Shown in pieces: positions 50,580 through 60,173 of a stretch of 64,000 bases of DNA; position 1 is the stretch's first letter; every line of letters starts with the position of its first letter. The DNA is from Candidatus Cloacimonadales bacterium (lineage in GTDB: Bacteria > Cloacimonadota > Cloacimonadia > Cloacimonadales > DAONDQ01), in the NCBI GenBank assembly GCA_963662275.1, contig OY759316.1, positions 3,040,001 to 3,104,000 of the forward strand, read 5' to 3'. Below the pieces are notes generated by a model. That model saw nothing but the letters and a program-made list of their open reading frames with translations. It made no database searches and was not told where the DNA came from. The position numbers and the translations under genes were made by a program.

Positions 50580-50999
50580 GATACCTCCTATAATCTTGCG
50601 TTTTTTTTCGTAACTCTACGACAATCTTATCGAGCGTAAATTGAGAATTGCATTTTATTCTGACCAATTTGAGTAAGAGTCATGAATGCAACTCTCAACC
50701 CTAACTGAACCACATTCAATAATATGTATTTGTTTCTAAGCTTGTCAACAAAAATTTTATTAATGTATTAATAGCTTTTTCCCTTCAGCCTATCATTTTA
50801 ATAACTCTCACTGTAACACCTTATTTTTATGATATCCCGCTGAATTCATTCTGGTATTTCAAAATCAGAACTATCTCAGTATTGCTGAATCAGTATTTCG
50901 GAATACTTTGTGAATAATACACGACAAGACTCCGCCTTCATACTAGCAGCCTGAATCCAAATTCAAGCCAGGTTCAAACTTGACTCATACCAGTTTCTC

Positions 51000-51139
51000 G
51001 AAACAGGAATGAAACAGGAATGAAACTGGTATGAAACAGGATTGAAATTGGTATAGTCTTTGTGGGCGAAAGGAGCCAATAGGACACAAACTTGGTATAA
51101 ATCGTGGCATAAGATTCCGATCGTGGCATAAGATTCCGA
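51000..51139. repeat. 11-bp tandem repeat GAAACAGGAAT x~5 and 19-bp duplication TCGTGGCATAAGATTCCGA x2
   Basis: Read directly. Confidence 0.75.
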
Positions 51140-51296
51140 TCTTATGGACATTTTGCATTGGTAGTATGATGAAACAACTGATGGAAGATTATCATTGATT
51201 GAAGATTGAAGAGTTGTCATGTTCTTCTTTCTTCATCTGAAACTATTCCCTATTCCCTATTCCCTTCTGCAATACCGGTAAGTCATGCTTTTCAGA

Positions 51297-51400
51297 TTGT
51301 AGCACTGACTTCAGGCGGTAATCTTAAAACCTTGAGTATTCATCACATATAGCTTATAAATGCAGTAAGTACTCATAACCTCCTGAAGTAAGCGCTACAA
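51297..51400. repeat. GTAG-type inverted repeat pair (REPIN-like hairpin)
   Basis: TTGTAGCACTGACTTCAGGCGGT...ACCTCCTGAAGTAAGCGCTACAA, 23-bp arms with 3 mismatches. Confidence 0.7.
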
Positions 51401-51708
51401 AATTCTGAACCTTTTCGCTGTACCCTGTATGCTGTCACCTTCTGCAGATCATTCTTCTCGAGAAGTCACACTTCATTCAACTAAAAGCTAATAACTATAA
51501 ACTAAAAGTTATCAGATTCTTCCCTCTTCATCTACAGATTACATTACATTCTAATACAATCCTGTCAACTTCAACCTAAGTCGCAAAGAATGCGATCTAT
51601 CCACCTCTTGAAAAGAGGCGTTGCATCTGCTCTGAGCTATTCCCTATTAGCTAATCCCTATTCCCTTCTGCAACATCTGAACCTGTAAGCTGTTCCCTGT
51701 ACGCTGTC

Positions 51709-51995
51709 ACCTTCTGCAACATTCTTCTCGAGAAGTCATGCTCAAATACATTGAAGATTTAAGAGTTAAGATTGAAGATTTGTCAAACTCTTCTTTCTTT
51801 ATCTAAACCTATTACCTAATACCTAAAACCTAGAACCTTCTGCAACATTCTTCTCGAGAAGTCATGCTCAAATACATTGAAGATTTAAGAGTTAAGATTG
51901 AAGATTTGTCAAACTCTTCTTTCTTTATCTAAACCTATTACCTAATACCTAAAACCTAGAACCTTCTGCAACATTCTTCTCGAGAAGTCATGCTT
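51709..51995. repeat. 126-bp tandem duplication, each unit carrying a truncated CRISPR repeat core
   Basis: ATTCTTCTCGAGAAGTCATGCT at 51721, 51847 and 51973; identical intervening sequence. Confidence 0.9.
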
Positions 51996-52283
51996 TTCAA
52001 TAAGATGCTCTGAAATGTTTCAAAATTCAACACCTTAAGTCTCAATTCTTCTCGAGAAGTCATGCTTTTCAATTCCAAAAGAAGTTCCAAAGTTATGATC
52101 ACAATGTTTTGTCTCAATTCTTCTCGAGAAGTCATGCTTTTCAATACGCAAAGGTTCCAATGGCCGTAGTTTTCGTCATCAGTCTCAATTCTTCTCGAGA
52201 AGTCATGCTTTTCAATAAGATATCAACAAATCTTCAAGGTGACAACATGTCTCAATTCTTCTCGAGAAGTCATGCTTTTCAAT
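51967..52283 (-). CRISPR. CRISPR array: 5 repeats of 35 bp (ATTGAAAAGCATGACTTCTCGAGAAGAATTGAGAC on -), 4 spacers of 32, 36, 37 and 37 bp
   Basis: Repeats at 52249-52283, 52182-52216, 52111-52145, 52039-52073 and a degenerate terminal repeat at 51967-52001; 3' ATTGAGAC tag and internal CTTC-TCGA-GAAG hairpin. Confidence 0.95.
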
Positions 52284-52457
52284 ATAGGTATGCTGGGAGG
52301 TAGATTTGATGCGGGTCGAATATGGCATTTTCGGCAACCTCATCAAAATGGAGTGGTTTTATCACGCTGAAGGGGGAGGTTGCAGAAAATATAGATAACT
52401 TCTTATGATATATGCAGTTATGTTTTAACATATTCTAACCTCCTAATTTATAGACAG
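52284..52457 (-). promoter_or_regulatory. CRISPR leader
   Basis: Non-coding, between cas2 and the non-degenerate array end; 14-bp inverted repeat at 52328-52341 / 52376-52389. Confidence 0.7.
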
Positions 52458-52718
52458 TTATGCGATAATCACGAATTCACTGTGCGCATTCATCGCCACA
52501 GTTTTTTCACTACAGCCTCGGCATAAATGAAAAACATGGATGATGCCATTCCCTTCATTCAGCTTTTCCAGATTCCTGAGTAATTTCTTATATCCCCACG
52601 CATCAATGTCAACTAAAAAAACGGATTCCTGGATGCGTCTACCTTCTTTTTCCAAGGCTCTGCTGACACGACCTCGAATACGGTCGCTGCTGATGTCATA
52701 TGCTATGATCTTTCTCAT
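52458..52718 (-). CDS. cas2: CRISPR-associated Cas2
   Basis: IIAYDIS...R..RV...L...G.RIQESVF; TAATG overlap with the cas1 stop. Confidence 0.92.
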   Translation of the reverse strand: MRKIIAYDISSDRIRGRVSRALEKEGRRIQESVFLVDIDAWGYKKLLRNLEKLNEGNGIIHVFHLCRGCSEKTVAMNAHSEFVIIA

Positions 52719-55399
52719 TATTTCATCCTGAAATGTTTGTAGGGAAGTCCCAATTTCAAACAGGTAACCAGGTTTCGACAAGCTCCATCGATTATCTCTA
52801 CGTAAGTTCGCTGTCCTAAATCAGGTAGTGTTATGCTTTCATTCAGCATCCATTCAAATCGATGTATGAATTCCCGGAAACCTTCATCATTCATATAGGT
52901 AATTGTTTTCCCGGATGCCGGTTTATTCTCAAAGCAGGAAGCTGTCACAAGTTTCAATCTGATTACTGCGATAACAGCCCTGTCTGCGAGAAAGCGAAAA
53001 GATTCTAAAACATCCGAAGCCAAGGCATACTGTGCTCCATGCCTTTCATGGAACAATCCAATATCAGGATTGATACCTGATGCCATTAAGGATTCTGCAA
53101 TACGATTGTATAAAAGAGTATATCCGAATGAAAGCATGGCATTTACCGGTCCCTGTGGTGGGTGATAAGATCTGCTGTCAAATTCAAAGGGATCGACCAA
53201 AGGTTTGAATCTTTCAAAATACACTGCTGCCGTTGCACCTTCCTTGCCTCGCAATGCTTCGATATCAGATATGCCTTCGAGAGAATCTTCCCACTCCTTC
53301 AGTTTGGGTTCATCAACCTGGTTTTGTTTTAACAGAGTTCGCTGATTATGTATTTTCGCTGCTACCAGGTCACGGACATACTGAATCCGATAATTACTGA
53401 AGTCTGTATCATACTTGGGAAAGATGTCTTTGATCTGCTCCAGGCTTCTTTGAGGATAGAATCCGCCAATCGTCTTTCCGGTTACCGTCATAAATGTGAT
53501 TGGTTTCTGTCCTTCCAAAGCTGTTTTAATGACATTCGCAGAAACACGCGGTCTTCCAATGATGATAATTCTCTGCACATGTGACCAGGGGATCTTGCGT
53601 TTCATCTTGTCTGATTCAATGACAAGATCATTTCCTTCAGACCGTACCGAAGTCTGATAAAAACTCACATAGACTGGAACACCCTGAATCTCTGACTGAT
53701 TGAGAGCCGGTTTCCATAAATCCGGTTCATCCGGTTCCACTTTTACTATCTTCTCATAGCCTTTAGGCGTAATGTGGAAACCAAGATAATCATATTCTGA
53801 ATCCGGTTCTATCTGCATGATCTTATCTGAATTCAGTTTCAGGTTCAATTTTAGCAGCGAGGTTTCCACCACTTCATTGATTTTGTCGTCACTCTTTGGC
53901 GATAAGATCACAAAGTCATCTCCAAAACGAATTGGTTCCCAATCATGACGACTGATCTCATGATCCCAGCAACTCATGAATATATTTGATAAAACAGGTG
54001 AAATAGGCATTCCCTGCGAAAGACCCTTTGCCGTTTGTGAGAGAAATAACTCTATACATTCGATAATAGGATCATTTCGTAACAGTCCTTTTAAGAGGTT
54101 CTGCAACAATACTCGGGGAATCGAAGGGTAGAATTCATCAATATCCCCCTTCATTCCATATTTGAATCCCTGGTTGTATAGACTTTTAATCGCTTTCACA
54201 GCCTTATAGGTACCGTATCCCTTTCTATAGGCAAAGGAACCGATTGCCAGCACAGGATCAATGGCATCATCAAGAATGGAGGCAATCGACTTGCATACCA
54301 ATCGATCGGCAAGATTCTGCACTTCCAATAGACGTACATCACCATTATCTTTTGTTACTTCATAGGAGAGAATGCTACCAGGTTTGTAGGTTCTTTCATT
54401 GATCTGCTTCTGCAAATCAGAGATGAATGGTGAATCATTTTCTGCAATGTCCTTGTATGTTAAGCCATCTTCACCGGCAGAAGAATCCTTCATTTCAGAC
54501 AGGCAGAATTGCAATTGCTCTTTCGATATTGCTCTGTTCAGTAGATTTGTTGAAGTTTTCCAGGTATGAATACAATTATCTCTCTGCAATCCTGATATCT
54601 GGTAAGAATTGAGACCAAAGCTCCGATTCTTGCCAAAACCAATATACTGACCGGCTGTCAGTAGAAAACGCTCCAACTCTGCCATATCTCCTGTTATTTG
54701 AATGGAACCAAGGAACCCGCCCATAGCACTTGTGTGGGGAATATCTATCCAGAATAGAATGACATTTGAACCTGATAGACTACTTGTTTCAGGTGAATAG
54801 TCAGAAATATCTAATTCAGCAGCTATCTTAGCTAAAAATTGAGGAATGGAAAACCAATCCATATCAAAGAATTTATGCTTTGCTGTCTTGAAGCCTTCCG
54901 GTCTGTTCAATCTTAAAGGCGTTTGAAAGATAAGCGTTATATTCTGTTGTTCTTTCAGAGATTCAACTTCCTGCAAAATACTCTTCTCATCAAGAGGTAT
55001 CCAACTCAGAGGATTATTTCCCACTAAGCAGTAATGCTTCACAAAATGCAGGCTGGAACGTGTGCCGAAATGATCATGATACTTGAGGTCAAGACCTTTG
55101 CCATCGTTCTTTTCCAAAACAGCAACCAGCTTCTCAACATACTGCTTCACCGGCTCAGGAAAAGAAAGAATCACACCTATTTTATCACCCGTTGTATAAT
55201 TACGAATTCCATTCTGAGCAGGAAATACTCTCAGCCCAGTACCATTCGGGTCTTTCAATCCTACCTGTGACAGCGCATTCCAGATAAAGCCAGCCCAATG
55301 TATCCCAGCATAAAACGGCAGATTCGTAATGTCACGAATACATTCAAATTCGAGAGCAAGGAAGTAGGTGGGGGGGAAGGTCATAACACTTACATCCAC
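52718..55399 (-). CDS. cas1: Cas6-reverse transcriptase-Cas1 fusion
   Basis: Cas6: FQTPLRL, GGFLG, GQYIGFGKNRSFGL. RT: SAGEDG, SFAYRKG, GDIDEFYPSI, GLSQGMPISPVLSN, RFGDDF. Cas1: LRGKEG, NAMLSFGY, GLFH, ASDVLESFR. Confidence 0.92.
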   Translation of the reverse strand: MDVSVMTFPPTYFLALEFECIRDITNLPFYAGIHWAGFIWNALSQVGLKDPNGTGLRVFPAQNGIRNYTTGDKIGVILSFPEPVKQYVEKLVAVLEKNDGKGLDLKYHDHFGTRSSLHFVKHYCLVGNNPLSWIPLDEKSILQEVESLKEQQNITLIFQTPLRLNRPEGFKTAKHKFFDMDWFSIPQFLAKIAAELDISDYSPETSSLSGSNVILFWIDIPHTSAMGGFLGSIQITGDMAELERFLLTAGQYIGFGKNRSFGLNSYQISGLQRDNCIHTWKTSTNLLNRAISKEQLQFCLSEMKDSSAGEDGLTYKDIAENDSPFISDLQKQINERTYKPGSILSYEVTKDNGDVRLLEVQNLADRLVCKSIASILDDAIDPVLAIGSFAYRKGYGTYKAVKAIKSLYNQGFKYGMKGDIDEFYPSIPRVLLQNLLKGLLRNDPIIECIELFLSQTAKGLSQGMPISPVLSNIFMSCWDHEISRHDWEPIRFGDDFVILSPKSDDKINEVVETSLLKLNLKLNSDKIMQIEPDSEYDYLGFHITPKGYEKIVKVEPDEPDLWKPALNQSEIQGVPVYVSFYQTSVRSEGNDLVIESDKMKRKIPWSHVQRIIIIGRPRVSANVIKTALEGQKPITFMTVTGKTIGGFYPQRSLEQIKDIFPKYDTDFSNYRIQYVRDLVAAKIHNQRTLLKQNQVDEPKLKEWEDSLEGISDIEALRGKEGATAAVYFERFKPLVDPFEFDSRSYHPPQGPVNAMLSFGYTLLYNRIAESLMASGINPDIGLFHERHGAQYALASDVLESFRFLADRAVIAVIRLKLVTASCFENKPASGKTITYMNDEGFREFIHRFEWMLNESITLPDLGQRTYVEIIDGACRNLVTCLKLGLPYKHFRMK

Positions 55400-55435
55400 T
55401 ATACTATATCATGTTCAAAGCTTGAATACAAGTCG

Positions 55436-55987
55436 TTATTTCTTTTTTGTTGGCATGATTTCGTAAATTGCAACCAATTGACTTAAAAGGCGAATAGATG
55501 TATTCACTGTATCGCAATAGGGTTGAACAGAAAAAATAGCCTGATGTTCATCCGTAACTCTTATCGGATGGGGACTATAAATAATAATTGGTATGTTATC
55601 ATTTCCGGTTTTTGCATCTTGGGCGATATCCTGATAAATTTTGTTCGGACAATCTATGTCGTAATCTATAATATAAATAGATTTCCGATTTCCGGTTCCT
55701 AAATAATCAGTATAATCTTTTCTTGAATATATCTCATCTTCAACTTTAAAAAGCCCATTTTCTTTTACCGTTTTCAATAATTTAGAGACATCACGTGTGT
55801 CATTTAATCCAAAAAAAACGACTTTCCGGTTGCTGTTTCTCCAAAATCTGGTTTTCTTAAAGAAAAATAAATATATGAATTCTCTAATTCCAAAACCAAC
55901 CCCCATTAAGCTGAAAACCATAGCAATGACTTCCCAGATAAGATTACCAACAAAAAAAGACTCGATCAATTTAACAACGTGTAACAT
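55436..55987 (-). CDS. Membrane-anchored Rossmannoid/REC-like protein, candidate type III ancillary effector (Cam2/NARF-like)
   Basis: One N-terminal TM helix; alpha/beta domain RKVVFFG, ENGLF, IYIIDY, PIIIYSP, VNTSIRLLSQL; lies between csx1 and cas6-RT-cas1. Confidence 0.55.
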   Translation of the reverse strand: MLHVVKLIESFFVGNLIWEVIAMVFSLMGVGFGIREFIYLFFFKKTRFWRNSNRKVVFFGLNDTRDVSKLLKTVKENGLFKVEDEIYSRKDYTDYLGTGNRKSIYIIDYDIDCPNKIYQDIAQDAKTGNDNIPIIIYSPHPIRVTDEHQAIFSVQPYCDTVNTSIRLLSQLVAIYEIMPTKKK

Positions 55988-56137
55988 GCATTCCTCCATT
56001 TAGTAAGCACATTTTTTCTATTTGTCGAGTTAGTAACTAGGTTAAGCTGTCTGTATTTTCCAAAATACTGAGTCTCTCCTCATGCAAGTCACTAGATTCA
56101 TAGTTCAATCAGAATAACTTCAATTCCTTCTTATCAA

Positions 56138-57346
56138 CTAAAACTGTTTCATGATTTGAATGCTCTTTTCAATATACTGTTCAAGTTTAGTGATGTATGT
56201 GCCTAATTGTACGTTCTTATTGGGAAGACAGTGAGCAATTTTGTTACGGATTTTAGATACTTCAGATCGAATCTTAAAAAGTTCCTTACATCCTGGGTCT
56301 TCGCTCAATGCAATAATAATGGCTTTAATTGTTTTTGTAACAAATTTACCTTCATATTTTGAATTTACTTTAAGATAAGTCAATATTCTATCTTCTATTG
56401 CACATTGCAACGCTAAGTAAGATAAGCCGTAATTATGTGTTTTGGCATAGAATTGAGATAAATTCATCAAGAATTGAATTTCATCTATAGACGAAAAATC
56501 TTCAAATGTCTGGTTGATTATATGGTTCAAATTATCTTGTAACACATCTGAACCTGTATCCGGTAACGGTGAATAATTACAGATATTTGGTTGTAATGCC
56601 ATCAAATATCCTAATGAATATGCTTGGCTAAAATTCCTGTACTCATTTCTTAATTTGCTATTTGATTTGTAATGCTGATTGATTAAGTCGGACAACGGAT
56701 GTGGATTCCCATATTCATGGAAATAGTTTAAAGCTCTGCTCCACTGCCCAAATTCAAATAATGAAAGCAGATTAACGATTGGTTTGATAGTCTCTTTCAC
56801 TTCCACCATACCATAGTATATGCCTGATAAGACGATTTTTTTACCAATAGCTTTCATATAATCGATCATTACGTAAGACATTAAAGCTAAAGAACGAAAG
56901 GAATGTGTAATATCAAGATAGATTTCGTCGCCATCCTGTATCTCTTTAGCAGCTTCAACAAATAAGCCGAAATTCTCTCTGATTTCAACATCGTTAATAC
57001 CATATTTAATTAAGAAACAACATGAGCTCAAATCTGATTCCAAATATGTTCGTATTTGTTCAGCTATTTTGCATATATCAAATTGATTTACCAGGCTATC
57101 TTTCTGTTTCAGGCATAGATTTTGTTTAAATTCTTCATCGACACCCCCGAAAGCCTTATATGCCCAATCCCAAATAGAACCAGTTGTTCCAAAAAGAAAA
57201 ATACGATCTACTCTGAGCCCAGTTGACAAGACTTTCGCAACAGAAGTATCTTCTTGAATTATTCCATTAAACTCATATTTCGCTGTTCTGTATCCACCAG
57301 CATCTTTATTACCTGTTCCGAGATTTGAAATTAGAACTTTTGACAA
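56138..57346 (-). CDS. csx1: CARF-HEPN ribonuclease, Csx1/TM1812 family
   Basis: ISNLG, Y..A.Y, GTTGS.W, LDITHSFRS (CARF), RNKIAH (HEPN RxxxxH). Confidence 0.88.
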   Translation of the reverse strand: MSKVLISNLGTGNKDAGGYRTAKYEFNGIIQEDTSVAKVLSTGLRVDRIFLFGTTGSIWDWAYKAFGGVDEEFKQNLCLKQKDSLVNQFDICKIAEQIRTYLESDLSSCCFLIKYGINDVEIRENFGLFVEAAKEIQDGDEIYLDITHSFRSLALMSYVMIDYMKAIGKKIVLSGIYYGMVEVKETIKPIVNLLSLFEFGQWSRALNYFHEYGNPHPLSDLINQHYKSNSKLRNEYRNFSQAYSLGYLMALQPNICNYSPLPDTGSDVLQDNLNHIINQTFEDFSSIDEIQFLMNLSQFYAKTHNYGLSYLALQCAIEDRILTYLKVNSKYEGKFVTKTIKAIIIALSEDPGCKELFKIRSEVSKIRNKIAHCLPNKNVQLGTYITKLEQYIEKSIQIMKQF

Positions 57347-57379
57347 AGTACCACCTCTTCATAAAGATCAGTTCATATT

Positions 57380-59605
57380 TTATTCAAATTCAATAGGTTT
57401 CTTAAGTATTTCTCTACCTCTTTCTCTAAAACGTTTCAAAGGCATATAGTCGGTTTCAGAATTTGAAGGAGCATTTTCATAATCCAACATTCGTTTTAGG
57501 CTTAAATACCTATCCGTAGCATTCCAGAGATCATTTGTCTGAAGATTTAGTTTTGCTTTCATGAAATCACAAAAAGCCATAACATACTGTTGTACATCTG
57601 GTTCTTGCCCTATACCATTGAATTCTGAAAGAAATGTACCATATCTTTCAAAAGGTTTTGAAAGATACAAAGCAGGTATTATTTTCACAGATCCCAGTCC
57701 GTAAGGTTTTGCCATCCCAAGCTTATGACAACAGCCTACAGGCAGATTTAATGCAAATAACAAAGAACCAAGTTCGACATCTGAGAGATTTTCAAACCTG
57801 ATTTTACCCGAAAATTGACAGCCTGGATTTAAAGGCTGGATAGAAGTGTATAGTTTGGGTTTATCATCAACGTTTACGTGGCTTTCTTCCCACTGAACCT
57901 TTGGTCTATGCCAGTACATTTTATAACCTCTAATCTGAGCATTATCACTGTTATAGTTCTTTAATCCAACCAGCTTTGTGCCATTAATTGAAATAGGTCC
58001 AGGTTGTTTCAAATACAATTGGAAGGATGTAGGTTTGGGACTTGAAAGAATTTTTGGATGTGATGGTTCGAAACACCCTTGATCAGTATCTTTATCAATA
58101 ACAGCATCTTCTACAAAAACTCTTCCTGGTAGTGAAGGTAATTTAGATGATTTACCATCAGCATCAATTGTACCAAACATGAACTCAGGAAAGTCATAAT
58201 AATTAGAATCATTAGTATGAATGGAATCACTAATTTTTTTGTTATAAGGTATTCTCATCAGACCAGTATGTCCAATAGAGATGATATTATTATCATCCAA
58301 ACAATAAAAGCAAGGAATTCGATTATGTGCAATACCCTCTCTAAGATCAATCCCCTCTTTGCGGGTAATATCATTACCATATTTTGTCACAGCATTTGTT
58401 GCATTGATTCTGGTCTCAGATGTATCTTCAGCACCGATAACCCAATGCATCTGTTTCCCTCTTCTTTGGTTACCAACCCAACCGGTAAGAATTAGAAAAC
58501 CCTCTGAATATCCAGACGGAGTCGTGGTAGTTTTTGTTTTTAATTGAATATCTTGTACTTTTTTATGCCATAAATTAACGCTATGACTTTCATCTGTATC
58601 AGGATCCATTGACATACTTTTATAGTAAATTGGAATAACTTTTCTGGATTTGATTAAGCTAGAATATTTTGAGTTTTCTTTGTATTTTCCTCTATCAGTA
58701 TCCCATACAGCCATCTTATCTGTAATAATTCCGCTTGATATGACATCTGATTCTTCAATCCGGCACACTTCAGTAGCCGGTTGAATGAAATAATCCTTTC
58801 CTTCTTTGAATAAATAACCACCCAGAGATTCAACAGAATAGCCTTTCACAGCATTTCCACTTGTCATGATATGAGAATACAAATCATTGTATTCGAGAGA
58901 ACTGTCCTTGAATGCTCTAAAATATAGATATTTATCATCAATTTGAGATAATTTACCATAAGATATCATGTTCACCATACTTCTAAGCATACCACGAATA
59001 GACGAACCTGGTATCTTGAACAAGCCATTTCCTGGTGCATAATGCTTACTAATAGTCCAAAGAAATTCGCGTTTTCTCCTCAGTACATCATCACCACTAT
59101 TCTCAATGTCGGCCAAAGTTATTAATTCTGACTGAGTCATTGTTCGACGTATATATAGAGGAGTCTTATTTTCAATATTAACTTCTATGTAGCCAGTGAG
59201 TTTAGTTGAATCATATCTACTAAAATCAATGTCCCTTCGGTCTGGTGAAACCACGTGCCCTGTATATGGTACAAAATTGTAAGGTGCTGTTGCGGTATAA
59301 TAACGGTTAAGTTGTTCCCTTGAGGTGGGAGAATCCTGATTTTCAGAAATAGCTTCATTGTTATTCTCTGATTTTTCTTCACCAATAATTACTTGATCGG
59401 GAAGGCTAAAATAATACCAGATATTTCTATCAAAATCATATGTAACTTGAAACTCAGCATTATTAATTCTATCAAAAACAGGATGTTTAGTAATTTCTTT
59501 TGATTCTATCCTACGTGGCTTACTCCACTCAGAACTAACAAGTTCAAAGATCTTTCTACCATTGTTCTGTGATATTATTAAAGTCCCTGGTTTTCTCCCT
59601 TCCAT
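57380..59605 (-). CDS. Type III-D Cas7 with large insertion (TIGR03986-like RAMP)
   Basis: APYNFVP, IPGSSIRGMLR, LSSPKPTSFQLYL, RGYKMYWH, RFENLS..ELG.L, KLGMAKPYGLGSV. Confidence 0.88.
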   Translation of the reverse strand: MEGRKPGTLIISQNNGRKIFELVSSEWSKPRRIESKEITKHPVFDRINNAEFQVTYDFDRNIWYYFSLPDQVIIGEEKSENNNEAISENQDSPTSREQLNRYYTATAPYNFVPYTGHVVSPDRRDIDFSRYDSTKLTGYIEVNIENKTPLYIRRTMTQSELITLADIENSGDDVLRRKREFLWTISKHYAPGNGLFKIPGSSIRGMLRSMVNMISYGKLSQIDDKYLYFRAFKDSSLEYNDLYSHIMTSGNAVKGYSVESLGGYLFKEGKDYFIQPATEVCRIEESDVISSGIITDKMAVWDTDRGKYKENSKYSSLIKSRKVIPIYYKSMSMDPDTDESHSVNLWHKKVQDIQLKTKTTTTPSGYSEGFLILTGWVGNQRRGKQMHWVIGAEDTSETRINATNAVTKYGNDITRKEGIDLREGIAHNRIPCFYCLDDNNIISIGHTGLMRIPYNKKISDSIHTNDSNYYDFPEFMFGTIDADGKSSKLPSLPGRVFVEDAVIDKDTDQGCFEPSHPKILSSPKPTSFQLYLKQPGPISINGTKLVGLKNYNSDNAQIRGYKMYWHRPKVQWEESHVNVDDKPKLYTSIQPLNPGCQFSGKIRFENLSDVELGSLLFALNLPVGCCHKLGMAKPYGLGSVKIIPALYLSKPFERYGTFLSEFNGIGQEPDVQQYVMAFCDFMKAKLNLQTNDLWNATDRYLSLKRMLDYENAPSNSETDYMPLKRFRERGREILKKPIEFE

Positions 59606-59606
59606 C

Positions 59607-60173
59607 TTACTCCTCCCCGCTTTTAACAACAAAATCAAGAAAACGGCAATCATTGTAACTGAGCTGCCCATTGTCCCATTGTTCAAGATAATTACGAGTT
59701 TTTACAGCATACCTAGTTTCAAGAGTAACAGAAGTATTTTCGATAAGAGGCATTATCAGCTCAAATCCTCTTTGTTCAAAAATCCTAATGAAATCTGAAC
59801 CAGTGCTCTCTGAGTTAGTACCAAGCAGTATCTGTTCAACATCCTTGTAATATACTTCTTCACCCTGGGTATCAAAGCGTTTTCTTCCAAACAGTTTATT
59901 GGTTATAATGCTATCTATATTTGTTATACTTACTCTCCAAAAAAGCAATTCTTCATCCAGGTTGAAGATGCGTAGCTTCTGTATGTAGTCGAATACAAAA
60001 GCAGTGCTATCATGAAAAGAAAATCTCCCTGTTTGATATCTTCCGATTAGAAGCGCATTGTCTAGATATGCAACCACAAAATATTCTTTGTCCTGATCAA
60101 GAGAATCTTCAATGTCCTTCATGTTGTTTGCTAACAATGATGAAACACTAGTTTTTATTTTCAGTTCTAACAT
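59607..60173 (-). CDS. csx19: Csx19 (type III-D)
   Basis: LRIFN...ELLFWR, Q.L.G, RNY, D.RF; lies between cas7-cas7 and cas7-insertion. Confidence 0.8.
   Translation of the reverse strand: MLELKIKTSVSSLLANNMKDIEDSLDQDKEYFVVAYLDNALLIGRYQTGRFSFHDSTAFVFDYIQKLRIFNLDEELLFWRVSITNIDSIITNKLFGRKRFDTQGEEVYYKDVEQILLGTNSESTGSDFIRIFEQRGFELIMPLIENTSVTLETRYAVKTRNYLEQWDNGQLSYNDCRFLDFVVKSGEE

Noticed and set aside
51956..52303. Short ORFs across the array
   Set aside because: Translations of CRISPR repeats and spacers.
52718..55399. RT as DGR, retron or group II intron RT serving the FGE gene
   Set aside because: RT is embedded between Cas6 and Cas1; no TR, Avd, msr-msd or intron maturase/RNA features seen.
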